Shown piece after piece: positions 1 through 8,594 of a stretch of 64,000 nt of DNA. The notes under the pieces were generated by a model. It was not told the DNA's origin and did no database searches. It was given only the letters and a program-made list of their open reading frames with translations. Within the stretch, counting starts at the first letter, position 1. The number at the start of each line of letters is the position of its first letter. The position numbers and the translations under genes are program-made. The DNA comes from Pyrinomonadaceae bacterium (lineage in GTDB: Bacteria > Acidobacteriota > Blastocatellia > Pyrinomonadales > Pyrinomonadaceae): NCBI GenBank assembly GCA_046313635.1, contig JBKBYA010000002.1, positions 64,001-128,000 of the forward strand, read 5' to 3'.

Positions 1-331
1 AACGCTCGGCGTGCCGCGAGAGACCATCGAGAAACACGGGGCCGTGAGCGCCGAGACCGCCCAAGCGATGGCCGCAGGGATGCGGCATTTGGCGCGCACC
101 GACTACGCCCTTTCGGTCACCGGGATCGCAGGGCCCGGCGGCGGATCGAGCTCAAAACCTGTAGGGACCGTTTTTGTCGGGCTCGCCGACGAGGAGGGCG
201 TAAAGACCGTCAGGCTCCATCTGCCCGGCGACAGATATCTGGTCCGCTGGCGCTCGAGCCAGGCCGCACTCGACCTGCTGAGACGTCGGCTGCTGCGGCG
301 GGAGCGGCCGCTATCAGATCAAAACGGTTGA
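1..331 (+). CDS. cinA: CinA/PncC nicotinamide-nucleotide amidohydrolase, C-terminal part (5'-truncated by window edge)
   Basis: HGAVSAETAQAMA...SVTGIAGPGGG...KPVGTVFVG motifs of the CinA C-terminal domain; frame open to the window start. Confidence 0.9.
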   Translation, partial: TLGVPRETIEKHGAVSAETAQAMAAGMRHLARTDYALSVTGIAGPGGGSSSKPVGTVFVGLADEEGVKTVRLHLPGDRYLVRWRSSQAALDLLRRRLLRRERPLSDQNG

Positions 332-393
332 TATTTTTGAGTCTTTGACACAAAATTAGGCGGGCGTCGCTCGTGCCCCAAGTCCCTAGTATT

Positions 394-421
394 TGAAACT
401 TTGTATGCCTCGGCGCGTGTA
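394..421 (+). promoter_or_regulatory. Putative ECF sigma promoter upstream of the secretin operon
   Basis: TGAAAC-N16-CGTGTA, resembling the SigW-type consensus TGAAAC-N16-CGTA. Confidence 0.4.
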
Positions 422-473
422 GTTTCGACAAACGCCGGGCGGCATCTCGGCCCTCTCAAATCAGGTTACAGCT

Positions 474-2954
474 ATGAAAAGAAATACCTTCGTCCGATCC
501 TCCATCTCGCTGATGCTCTTTGTCTGTCTGCTCTCGCCGACCGCCGCGCTCGCCGCCGGCGACGGCAAAAAGCACTTCAAAGAAGGGCTCAGGCACGAGG
601 CCGCTGAATCATGGGACAAGGCCGCCGAGGAGTTTGCCCTCGCGGTCGCCGACAATCCCCGCAATCCCGAATACCGGCTTCACCTTCAGCGGGCGCTTTT
701 CAACGCGTCTCAGCAGTACATGAAAAAGGGGACCATCGCGGCGAACGAGGGCGACTTTGCCGGCGCCTATAACGCTTTTCGCAGGGCTTACGGCTTTGAC
801 CCGACGAATGAACTCGCCAAAAGCGAGATGGAGCGCATGGTACGTCTCCAACAGGGCGTCAAGGACGGCACTCTCGAAGAGAAGAAGGACGACGCCGGAA
901 AGATAAAGCTCGTCCCGACCGGATACACGCCAAAGGCTCCGCAAGCGGTGATGCCCCAGCGCCTCGAGAAGCTTCGCGACGTCCCTTTCCCGAGCGGCGT
1001 CAATCTCCAGTTCATCGTCAAGGAGCTCGCTCGCGACCTCGACCTCAACGTGCTCTTCGATTCGGAGTCGCGGCTCGACACGCGCCAGGTAAAGATCGAG
1101 CTGCGGCAGGTCACGGCGGCAAAGGCTCTCGACTACATCTTTTTGCAGGAGAATCTCTTTTTCCAAAAGGTCGGCCCGCGGACGATCATCGTCGCGTCAA
1201 ACAATCGCCGGATGAACTTTCAACAGTTGGTCCTGCGGACCTTTTACCTCTCGAACGCCAATCCAAAAGACGTCAAGACCGTCGTCCAGACCGCGATCCC
1301 GGCACAGCCCGGCCGCAGCCAGACGATCGTGCTCGAGGACGCGGCGACCAACAGCATCACGGTCCGCGATACCGAAGAGAACGTCAAGCTGATCGGCAAG
1401 CTGATCCAGTCGCTCGACAAGGACCGCGCCGAGGTCGTCATGGACGTGGCGATCTACGAGGTCAACAAGAATGACCTGCTTCAATTCGGCAATCAGCTCG
1501 GCGTAGGAGGCGATAAGGCCACGCTTCTGAATCTGGGCGGCGTGAATCTTCCGGTACTGCGCTCGGGCGACAGCGGCCGTATAACGAACGGCTTCCCGTT
1601 TCGCGGAGCGGACGCGCTCGGCGTTGCTCTCGGATTTCCGGTGAGCTCCCTCTCGGCGCTTCAGTCAAAAGACAATACCAAGCTGATCGCATCGACCCAG
1701 ATCCACGCCTTTAACAACGAGGACTCGTCGGCCCGCATCGGCCAGCGAGTGCCGGTCAGGTCGGCGACGATCACCAATGGTTTTAATAACAACAACAATG
1801 CGGCCAACGGCGGATTTTTGAGCGATGTCGTTACCTACGAGCAGGTGGGTCTGACCCTGAAATTCAAACCGCTCGTCTTCCCGAATCAGGACGTCCAGGT
1901 CGCGATGGAGATCGAATCGAAGGATGTCGCGGGAGCGTCGAATCTGCAGGGAAATCCGATCTTTACCGAGCGGACCATCAAGGGCACGGCCCGCGTTCAG
2001 AACAACAAGACGCTCTTGCTCGCCAGCGTCGCGCAGGGAGTCGAGAGCAAGAGCCGCTCTGGCCTGCCGCTCATCGGCCTGATCCCGATACTGGGCCGTC
2101 TCTTTACGGCGCCGTCGCGGACCAATCGACAGGTCGACATCGTTATCGCGATCACGCCTAAGGTGATCCGAGCTCCCGCGATCCTGCCCGAGGACGAGAT
2201 CGAGCGTCCGACCGGCAGCGTGCAGACGCCGACCAACAGTTCGCTTGAGGCGATGATCATTCAGGAGGAGCAGGACGAGATGCTCGCGACCGCACGCCGC
2301 CTGCCGAACCAGACCCAGGTGCAGCTGCCAGATCAGGCGGCCGAGGCGCCCGCGTACGTCCGCGATGCGTCCGGCGTGGCCGCGACGGCAGCAGGCGCAA
2401 ACGTCGGGGCCTCTCGATCTGCCGGTGACGCTGCGGCTTCTATTCAGGGACTGCCGTCGACACTCAAGCCGATCGACTCGTCTGTAAAGCAGCTCGAGAT
2501 CAAGCAGACGGCCGACACCGCGGCGGGCGAGACTCAGCCCGCGCCGGCGGCGGCTGCCGCGGCCAAGGTGTTTGTTTCGCTGCCGTCCGACATTCGTGCC
2601 CTCAAACCCGGCGAGCGGACGCGGATCGCCGTGACGGCAAACAATTCCGCTGCCTTCCGCTCGGCGGTCATCGGGCTCCGCTACGATCCGGCCAAGGTCG
2701 CGATCAGGCAGTTGCAGTACGGCGACGTATTCGGCAGCGGGCTGGCAAATACGGCCGCAACACCGTTCCTCAACGACCGTGGACGGACGTACGTTTCGCT
2801 CTCGCTGCCCGACGGCGCGGTCGCTGCGGGGACGGGCGTTATCGCATACGTCGAGATCGAAGCTCTCGCCGAGGGCGTGCCTTCGGTGACGTTCGATCGC
2901 GACGTGATGAACTTCCTGACGGTGGAGGGGCGGAATTTTGCAGTTTCGTTTTAG
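474..2954 (+). CDS. Type II secretion/pilus secretin (GspD-like) with N-terminal TPR-like region and C-terminal cohesin-like domain
   Basis: Signal peptide; secretin N-domain (LRTFYLSNANPKDV, D..TNSITVRDT); C-domain motif GLPLIGLIPILGRLF...DIVIAITPKVIR; terminal beta-sandwich with LRYDP. Confidence 0.9.
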   Translation: MKRNTFVRSSISLMLFVCLLSPTAALAAGDGKKHFKEGLRHEAAESWDKAAEEFALAVADNPRNPEYRLHLQRALFNASQQYMKKGTIAANEGDFAGAYNAFRRAYGFDPTNELAKSEMERMVRLQQGVKDGTLEEKKDDAGKIKLVPTGYTPKAPQAVMPQRLEKLRDVPFPSGVNLQFIVKELARDLDLNVLFDSESRLDTRQVKIELRQVTAAKALDYIFLQENLFFQKVGPRTIIVASNNRRMNFQQLVLRTFYLSNANPKDVKTVVQTAIPAQPGRSQTIVLEDAATNSITVRDTEENVKLIGKLIQSLDKDRAEVVMDVAIYEVNKNDLLQFGNQLGVGGDKATLLNLGGVNLPVLRSGDSGRITNGFPFRGADALGVALGFPVSSLSALQSKDNTKLIASTQIHAFNNEDSSARIGQRVPVRSATITNGFNNNNNAANGGFLSDVVTYEQVGLTLKFKPLVFPNQDVQVAMEIESKDVAGASNLQGNPIFTERTIKGTARVQNNKTLLLASVAQGVESKSRSGLPLIGLIPILGRLFTAPSRTNRQVDIVIAITPKVIRAPAILPEDEIERPTGSVQTPTNSSLEAMIIQEEQDEMLATARRLPNQTQVQLPDQAAEAPAYVRDASGVAATAAGANVGASRSAGDAAASIQGLPSTLKPIDSSVKQLEIKQTADTAAGETQPAPAAAAAAKVFVSLPSDIRALKPGERTRIAVTANNSAAFRSAVIGLRYDPAKVAIRQLQYGDVFGSGLANTAATPFLNDRGRTYVSLSLPDGAVAAGTGVIAYVEIEALAEGVPSVTFDRDVMNFLTVEGRNFAVSF

Positions 2955-2957
2955 TCA

Positions 2958-3617
2958 GTGATCTCGCGTGAACGAAAAATCAGTCTGGCATCAGCCGCAT
3001 CGGCCGGATACACGCTGCTCGAGCTGATCCTGACGCTTGCCGTCCTCGCCATTCTAGTGATGGGCACCATCCCGCTGGCGCAGAACGCCGTCAAGCGTGA
3101 AAAAGAGGTCAGGCTCCGCGAGACTCTCCGAATGGTGCGCAACGCGATAGACGAGTTCAAGCGCGATGCGATGGGGGCCTGCCCGCAGGGTGCCGTCGTG
3201 AGCGGCAATCCCATCGGCGACCGTGCGACGGTCGGCGGCGGCGTGCCGGCAGACCCGCGAAGCCGAGTCGTGATCGACGATTGCGAGATCTTTGACACGC
3301 AGAATCTCGATCGCTATCCGCCGTCGCTCGAAACGCTCGTCGACGGCGTCAACGTCCGGCCGAGGGGTCTGAACATTGCGGCCGGCAGCGGACTCCGGGA
3401 CGGAACGAAGCAGGCGACCGAGCTCGGCGTGACCGAGCAGGTCAAAAAGGTCTACCTTCGCGAGATGCCGGTCGATCCGATGACGGGCGACACCAAGTGG
3501 AATCTGCGTTCGTCTTATCAAGAGGCGGGCTCGGCCTGGGACCAAATAAACGTTTTTGACATCAGGTCGACGTCCGACGGCGTGGCATTGAATGGTGAGA
3601 AGTACAGTGATTGGTAA
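2958..3617 (+). CDS. Pseudopilin (GspG-like, prepilin N-terminal cleavage/methylation motif)
   Basis: GYTLLELILTLAVLAIL; YPPSLETLV and YLREMPVDPMTG motifs. Confidence 0.9.
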   Translation: MISRERKISLASAASAGYTLLELILTLAVLAILVMGTIPLAQNAVKREKEVRLRETLRMVRNAIDEFKRDAMGACPQGAVVSGNPIGDRATVGGGVPADPRSRVVIDDCEIFDTQNLDRYPPSLETLVDGVNVRPRGLNIAAGSGLRDGTKQATELGVTEQVKKVYLREMPVDPMTGDTKWNLRSSYQEAGSAWDQINVFDIRSTSDGVALNGEKYSDW

Positions 3618-3999
3618 ACAAAGAGAATTAGGCTTTTCGCTGCTCGAGCTGATGATCTCGATGTTTATCCTGATCATTCTTCTCTCGGTGGCCGTGCCGA
3701 CATACCGCCGGAGCGTGCAGCATGCCAAAGAGACGGTGCTGAAAGAGAATCTCTGGCAGATGCGCAAGGCGATCGATCAGTACGCCGCCGATAAGGGCAA
3801 GCTGCCTCAGTCGGTCAACGATCTCGTCGAGGCCAAGTACCTGCGCGAGGTGCCTGTAGATCCGATAACCGAAAAGGCCGAGTGGGACCCGGTGATGGGC
3901 GACGACCCTAACTCGTCCGACGGCGAGCAGGGAATGGTCGACGTTAAGAGCCTTTCGGAAGAGACCGACGGCGACGGCGTGTCGTACAGGGAGTACTGA
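3607..3999 (+). CDS. Pseudopilin (GspG-like)
   Basis: GFSLLELMISMFILIIL; AIDQY..DKGKLPQS; YLREVPVDPIT; start may be 3592 or 3607. Confidence 0.9.
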   Translation: MIGKQRELGFSLLELMISMFILIILLSVAVPTYRRSVQHAKETVLKENLWQMRKAIDQYAADKGKLPQSVNDLVEAKYLREVPVDPITEKAEWDPVMGDDPNSSDGEQGMVDVKSLSEETDGDGVSYREY

Positions 4000-4015
4000 T
4001 GCCCGCTGGAGTAAG

Positions 4016-4948
4016 ATGTTTTCATTTCTAACAAGACCAAATTTTCCTAAAGCAGCGATCGGCCTCGAAAAAGAGGCCGTCACCGCATTGGCCCTCGAGC
4101 GCGACGATCGAACAAGCCACTTTACCGTCCGCCAGGCGGCGTCGGTCGAGCTCCCGCGCGATCTTCTCGTGCCGAGCTTTACAGAAAAGAACATCGCAAA
4201 TCCCGCCGAGCTGCGCGTGCTGCTCGAGGAGGCGGTCGCCACCGCGGGGATGCTCGACCAAAAGCGCTGGTCGGTCTCGCTGCCGAGCAATTCGGCCCGG
4301 GCGTCGATCATCACTATCGAGACCGAGCCGGCGTCACGCGCCGAGGCAGAGGAGATCCTCGATTGGAAATGCGAACAGGCGTTCGGCGTACCGGCGGGCG
4401 AGATGCGCGTCAATCGTGTGCGGCTGAGCCCCGACGGCGAGCGCCGCGTTCGTTATTTTGCGACGGCCGTCAAGCTCGCTGTGATCGACGAGTACGAGAC
4501 CGTCTTTGAAGATATGGGCTGGAAGGCCGGGTTGATCCTCCCGCGAGCGGTTGGCGAATCGAATTGGCTGATGAGCGGCGGCAGCGACTCCGACTCGCTT
4601 CTTATCAGCTCGCAGAGCGACGGGTTTACGGCGTTGATGCTCAAGGGCTCGGAACCGATCGTCGTCAGGACGATAAGCTGCACCGTCGATGAGCTCGAGG
4701 ACGAGATCTACCGTCTGCTGATGTACTACCACGACCGCGTCGCCGGCGGCGAGCGCGAACTCAAAAACGTCTTGCTGGTCGGCGAAGAGTTTGACCGCGA
4801 CAAGGTGCGAGAGATCTCGAACGAGGCTTTCGGGCGGCCGCTGACGGTGCTTACCGCCGCCGACATCGGCCTCGACATTCCCGCTGGCGGGCTTATGTTT
4901 GACGAGATCGCCGGGCCCGCCGGCCTCGCCGCGTTAGCGTGGAACTAG
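4016..4948 (+). CDS. PilM-like (actin-fold) assembly protein
   Basis: AIGLE, SVSLP, VLLVGE segments typical of PilM-like proteins; position in the secretin/pseudopilin operon. Confidence 0.6.
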   Translation: MFSFLTRPNFPKAAIGLEKEAVTALALERDDRTSHFTVRQAASVELPRDLLVPSFTEKNIANPAELRVLLEEAVATAGMLDQKRWSVSLPSNSARASIITIETEPASRAEAEEILDWKCEQAFGVPAGEMRVNRVRLSPDGERRVRYFATAVKLAVIDEYETVFEDMGWKAGLILPRAVGESNWLMSGGSDSDSLLISSQSDGFTALMLKGSEPIVVRTISCTVDELEDEIYRLLMYYHDRVAGGERELKNVLLVGEEFDRDKVREISNEAFGRPLTVLTAADIGLDIPAGGLMFDEIAGPAGLAALAWN

Positions 4949-4960
4949 CCTTCTCGTTTG

Positions 4961-4990
4961 TGAAACCTCGCTCAGGCGAGTACCGTAATA
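4961..4990 (+). promoter_or_regulatory. Putative autoregulatory ECF (SigW-like) promoter
   Basis: TGAAAC-N17-CGTAAT directly before the ECF sigma ATG at 5001; no obvious SD, so possibly a short or leaderless mRNA. Confidence 0.6.
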
Positions 4991-5000
4991 GCTCTGACCT

Positions 5001-5606
5001 ATGCCCGCTCTATCACTCGCGATCGAGAATTCCGCGCCCGTCACGGACGGCGAGCTGGTCGCCCGTGTTGTGGCCGGTCGCGAGGACGGCTTTGAAGAAT
5101 TGGTCAGGCGTTATCAGCGGCCGATCACGAGCTACATCTTCCGCATAGTCGGCGATGCCGAATCGGCGCTCGACGTCACGCAGGAAGTCTTTATCAAGGT
5201 CTACAACTCGATCTCACGCTACAACGCGGATTACAAATTCTCGACTTGGCTCTACCGCATCGCGCACAATGCCGCGGTCGATCACCTGCGGCGAAACAAC
5301 ATCTGTCCGCAGAGCCTCGAGGCCGAGAATGCGGACGGGTCGTTCCAGATCCAGCTCGAGTCGCTGACGCCCTCACCTGAAAAAGAACGCGAACGCAGCG
5401 AGTGGCGCAAGGAGATCGAGTCGGTCGTCAGGCGTCTGCCGGCCGCGTATCGCGAACTGATCGTACTGCGGCACTCAAAGGAACTGAGCTACGAGGAGAT
5501 CGCCGCCGTAACGGGGCTGCCCCTCGGCACGGTCAAGAATCGTCTTTTCCGCGCGCGTGAGATGATGCGCGGCCTTTTGGTCGAGCGAGGCATCACCGGG
5601 GCCTGA
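5001..5606 (+). CDS. ECF RNA polymerase sigma factor (SigW/RpoE-like)
   Basis: Region 2 DVTQEVFIKVY...KFSTWLYRIAHN; region 4 LSYEEIA...LPLGTVKNRLFRAR. Confidence 0.95.
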   Translation: MPALSLAIENSAPVTDGELVARVVAGREDGFEELVRRYQRPITSYIFRIVGDAESALDVTQEVFIKVYNSISRYNADYKFSTWLYRIAHNAAVDHLRRNNICPQSLEAENADGSFQIQLESLTPSPEKERERSEWRKEIESVVRRLPAAYRELIVLRHSKELSYEEIAAVTGLPLGTVKNRLFRAREMMRGLLVERGITGA

Positions 5607-5638
5607 CGGCCGGGGCGATCGTTTCGTTTTTTTTGAAG

Positions 5639-6214
5639 ATGGAAGTTCAGGGCTCAAATTTGGATTTCGAGTGCGGGTCGCCGGAGATCGCCGCTTACGT
5701 GGACGGCGAGCTCTCGCCCGACCGAGAACTGGCGCTCGACCTTCACATCGCCGAGTGCGCATCGTGCCGCTCGGAGCTGAACAGCCAGAAGCAGTTTCTT
5801 TCGATCCTCGACTCGACGCTCGCAGCCGACGACCAGTTAGAGCTCCCCGACGATTTTGCACGCGTCGTCGCGACGAATGCCGAGAGCTCCGTCAACGGGC
5901 TCAGGCAAAGGTCCGAATGGCTGAATGCGGTCGCGATCTGCGCCGGACTTTTTGTTTTTTGCCTGTTCGCGCTCGGTGCCGATGCATCCCGGTCGTTCGG
6001 TTATCCGCTGGCGATGTTTGAGCGGTCGGTGGCGGTAGCGGAATTTGCGGCTCACGTCGTGTACGATCTCGCGGTCGGGAGCGTCGTCGTCGTTCGTTCG
6101 GTCAGCTCGCACGTCGCGGGCCAGCTCGCGGTTGGTTTCTTACTTGCTGTTGTCGCCGTCGTCACAACAGCATTTCTCTCTCGCCAGGTGCTGCGAATAG
6201 GTCGGGCACGGTAA
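5639..6214 (+). CDS. Zinc-finger (zf-HC2/ZAS) membrane-anchored anti-sigma factor
   Basis: AYVDGELS...HIAECASC (HxxxCxxC) followed by hydrophobic helices; directly downstream of the ECF sigma. Confidence 0.9.
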   Translation: MEVQGSNLDFECGSPEIAAYVDGELSPDRELALDLHIAECASCRSELNSQKQFLSILDSTLAADDQLELPDDFARVVATNAESSVNGLRQRSEWLNAVAICAGLFVFCLFALGADASRSFGYPLAMFERSVAVAEFAAHVVYDLAVGSVVVVRSVSSHVAGQLAVGFLLAVVAVVTTAFLSRQVLRIGRAR

Positions 6215-7194
6215 TGCTTGGATTTTCCTCAGTGACAAGCGAGGCCTCAATTAGATCAAGCCAAAAACTTTCGGGGTCAACGCTGTGGCCGGCACTCTGT
6301 GCGGCGGTGCTGATCGCCGTCTCGGCGGTCGCCACCCTCGCCGGCCCGCAGGTCTCGATCTCGGCCGAAGACAACTCGATGACGGTTGGCGATGCTCCTG
6401 ATACCGAGGTCGTCGCATTCGCAAAGAAGGTCGTCGTCAAGGGATCGGTCAAGGGAGTGACGTCGATCGGCGGGGATGTGATCGTCGAAGGGCGCATCGA
6501 GGGCGACGTAGCGACCGTCGGCGGCTCGATCGTGCAAAGGGAAGGCGCGTACATCGGCGGCAAGGTCATCGCCTTCGGCGGCGGCTACCGGCCGGAGACA
6601 CCGCAGCCGCTGCGCGGTGCCGGCAGCGAAACCGTCGTCTTTGGAATGTTCGAGGACGAACTGCGCAGTATGGCGCAGAATCCGAGCGAGCTGCTTGCGC
6701 CGAGCTTTTCACTAACCTTCCTGGCTCAGCGGCTGTTGTCCGTCTTGTTCTGGTTCGTCTTGTCGATCGGACTCACGACGATCGCCCCGGGAGCCGTCGG
6801 GCGCGCGGTCGCCCGGCTCCACCTTTCGGCGGTCCGCGTGCTTTTGATAGGCACGCTGGCATTTGGAGCCACGATCTTCGGCATCGCCGCCGCGGCCAAT
6901 CTGCTCCCCGAGTATCTCAGCGTCAGCCTGGGGCTCATGGCGTTTGTGCTGCTCTTGCTCTCGTACGTCTTTGGCCGCGTCACTTTGCAGGTGGCGTTCG
7001 GCAAGGCGATCCAAAAGCACCTGCTTGCCGAGGGCAAGCGATCGGAGACCCTCGCGATACTCATCGGCGTACTTGTCTGGACGCTGCTGCTCTCGCTGCC
7101 CTACGTCTGGACGCTGTCTCTGGTCGCTCTCTTCACCGCCGGCCTCGGCCTTGTCCTGACGGCCCGCTCAAGTCCCGCCTGGCACAAGAGTTAA
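6214..7194 (+). CDS. Membrane protein with polymer-forming cytoskeletal (bactofilin-like) beta-helix repeats
   Basis: Repeats VKGSVKGVTSIGGDVIVEGRIEGDVATVGGSI...IGGKVIAFGG, then several TM helices; start overlaps the anti-sigma stop. Confidence 0.7.
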   Translation: MLGFSSVTSEASIRSSQKLSGSTLWPALCAAVLIAVSAVATLAGPQVSISAEDNSMTVGDAPDTEVVAFAKKVVVKGSVKGVTSIGGDVIVEGRIEGDVATVGGSIVQREGAYIGGKVIAFGGGYRPETPQPLRGAGSETVVFGMFEDELRSMAQNPSELLAPSFSLTFLAQRLLSVLFWFVLSIGLTTIAPGAVGRAVARLHLSAVRVLLIGTLAFGATIFGIAAAANLLPEYLSVSLGLMAFVLLLLSYVFGRVTLQVAFGKAIQKHLLAEGKRSETLAILIGVLVWTLLLSLPYVWTLSLVALFTAGLGLVLTARSSPAWHKS

Positions 7195-7234
7195 GATTGT
7201 AAACTTAAGTTTTACAAATCTTTACATATTCGCT

Positions 7235-7299
7235 CGAACCAACTTGATAGAATCTTCGTCTTACGTACCGGACTGTAACTTTTTAGCGGTTCGAGCGTT
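7235..7299 (+). promoter_or_regulatory. Two tandem putative ECF promoters
   Basis: CGAACC-N16-CGTC (7235-7260) and TGTAAC-N16-CGTT (7274-7299) in the AT-rich spacer before 7340. Confidence 0.45.
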
Positions 7300-7339
7300 T
7301 ATACACTGCGAACGCCCGCGATGATCCAAGCGTATTTTT

Positions 7340-8530
7340 ATGACTCGTAAATTCTTACTGCTTATTCTTTTTGCACTTGCGGCGCTGCCCGCCGTCGCGG
7401 TCGGACAGACGCCGGACCCGATGAAGCCGACGACGATCATCGGCGAGGTCGTCGCGATCGACGCTTCCGGGATCTCGATAAAGACAAAGGACGGTCAGAT
7501 CGAGACCACATTGTCCGACAAGACCGAATTCAAGCGTGTGCCCGCCGAGACGCCGACGCTTAAGGCCGCGGTCGCCTCGTCACTCGGCGATATCGCCGTC
7601 GGCGATCGCGTGGTCGTGACCGGCATCTACGGTGCCGACAGATCGACGCTGCCGGCCCGCACAGTCTATTTGATGAGCAAGTCCGACATCGCCCAGAAAC
7701 AGGCCCGAGACTCGGAGCGATGGCGGACCCGCGGCATAGCTGGACGCGTCGTGACGGTCGATCCCGTCGGCAAAAAGCTGTCTGTCGAGATCCGCGGCCT
7801 GATGGGAGTATCCAGCGTGGTCGTCGAGCCTAACACTGAAGCAAAGTTTCTCCGATACGCGCCCGATTCGGTCAAGTACAGCGAGGCAAGGCCTAGCTCG
7901 ATCGCCGAGATCGCTCCCGGAGATCTGATCAGGGCGGTCGGTGAACGCTCTGCCGACGGCGCTTCGCTGAAGGCCGAAGAGATCATCAGCGGTGCTTTCC
8001 AGACGAGAGCCGGCACCGTGAAATCGGTCGACGCCGCAAAAGGCGAGATCGTCGTCTCGGACCTGCAGACCAAAAAGGACCTTACGATCGTCGTTTCGCC
8101 GACGTCGGTGCTCAAGCGTTTTCCGCAGGAATTTGCCCAGAGATTCCTGCAGATGCAAGCCGGCGGCGCGGGACCGAGACCGATCGGCCAGCCGAGCGGT
8201 GCCGCTCAGGGAACGCCCGCTCCACAGGGAGCCGCGCCGAGCGGCGGCATGCAGCAGAGGCCGGGCGGCGGTCCGGGCGGCCCGAGAGGCGGGATCGACG
8301 AGATGCTCGAACGATTTCCTGATATCGCGATCGCGGACCTAAAGGTCGGCGACACCATCGCTGTCTCGAGCTCGCGTAACGGCGATGCCGACAGGATCAC
8401 CGCGATCAAGCTGCTCGCCGGCGTAGAACCTTTCATTCAGATGGCGCAGATGTCGGCCGGCCCGCAGCGGCCCGGCGGACGCAGCCCCGACATTAACATT
8501 CCTGGTCTCGACAGCGTCGGGATCCCTTAA
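7340..8530 (+). CDS. Exported DUF5666-like protein with three OB-like repeats and a Gly/Pro/Gln linker
   Basis: Signal peptide; three repeats G.V..VD...(D/E)I..GD.(V/I).V.G...A. Confidence 0.6.
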   Translation: MTRKFLLLILFALAALPAVAVGQTPDPMKPTTIIGEVVAIDASGISIKTKDGQIETTLSDKTEFKRVPAETPTLKAAVASSLGDIAVGDRVVVTGIYGADRSTLPARTVYLMSKSDIAQKQARDSERWRTRGIAGRVVTVDPVGKKLSVEIRGLMGVSSVVVEPNTEAKFLRYAPDSVKYSEARPSSIAEIAPGDLIRAVGERSADGASLKAEEIISGAFQTRAGTVKSVDAAKGEIVVSDLQTKKDLTIVVSPTSVLKRFPQEFAQRFLQMQAGGAGPRPIGQPSGAAQGTPAPQGAAPSGGMQQRPGGGPGGPRGGIDEMLERFPDIAIADLKVGDTIAVSSSRNGDADRITAIKLLAGVEPFIQMAQMSAGPQRPGGRSPDINIPGLDSVGIP

Positions 8531-8594
8531 GAACAAGGCGGCACGCCGCTCCTTCAACGACCTTGAAGAGCGGCGATCATAAAAATAAATTCAT

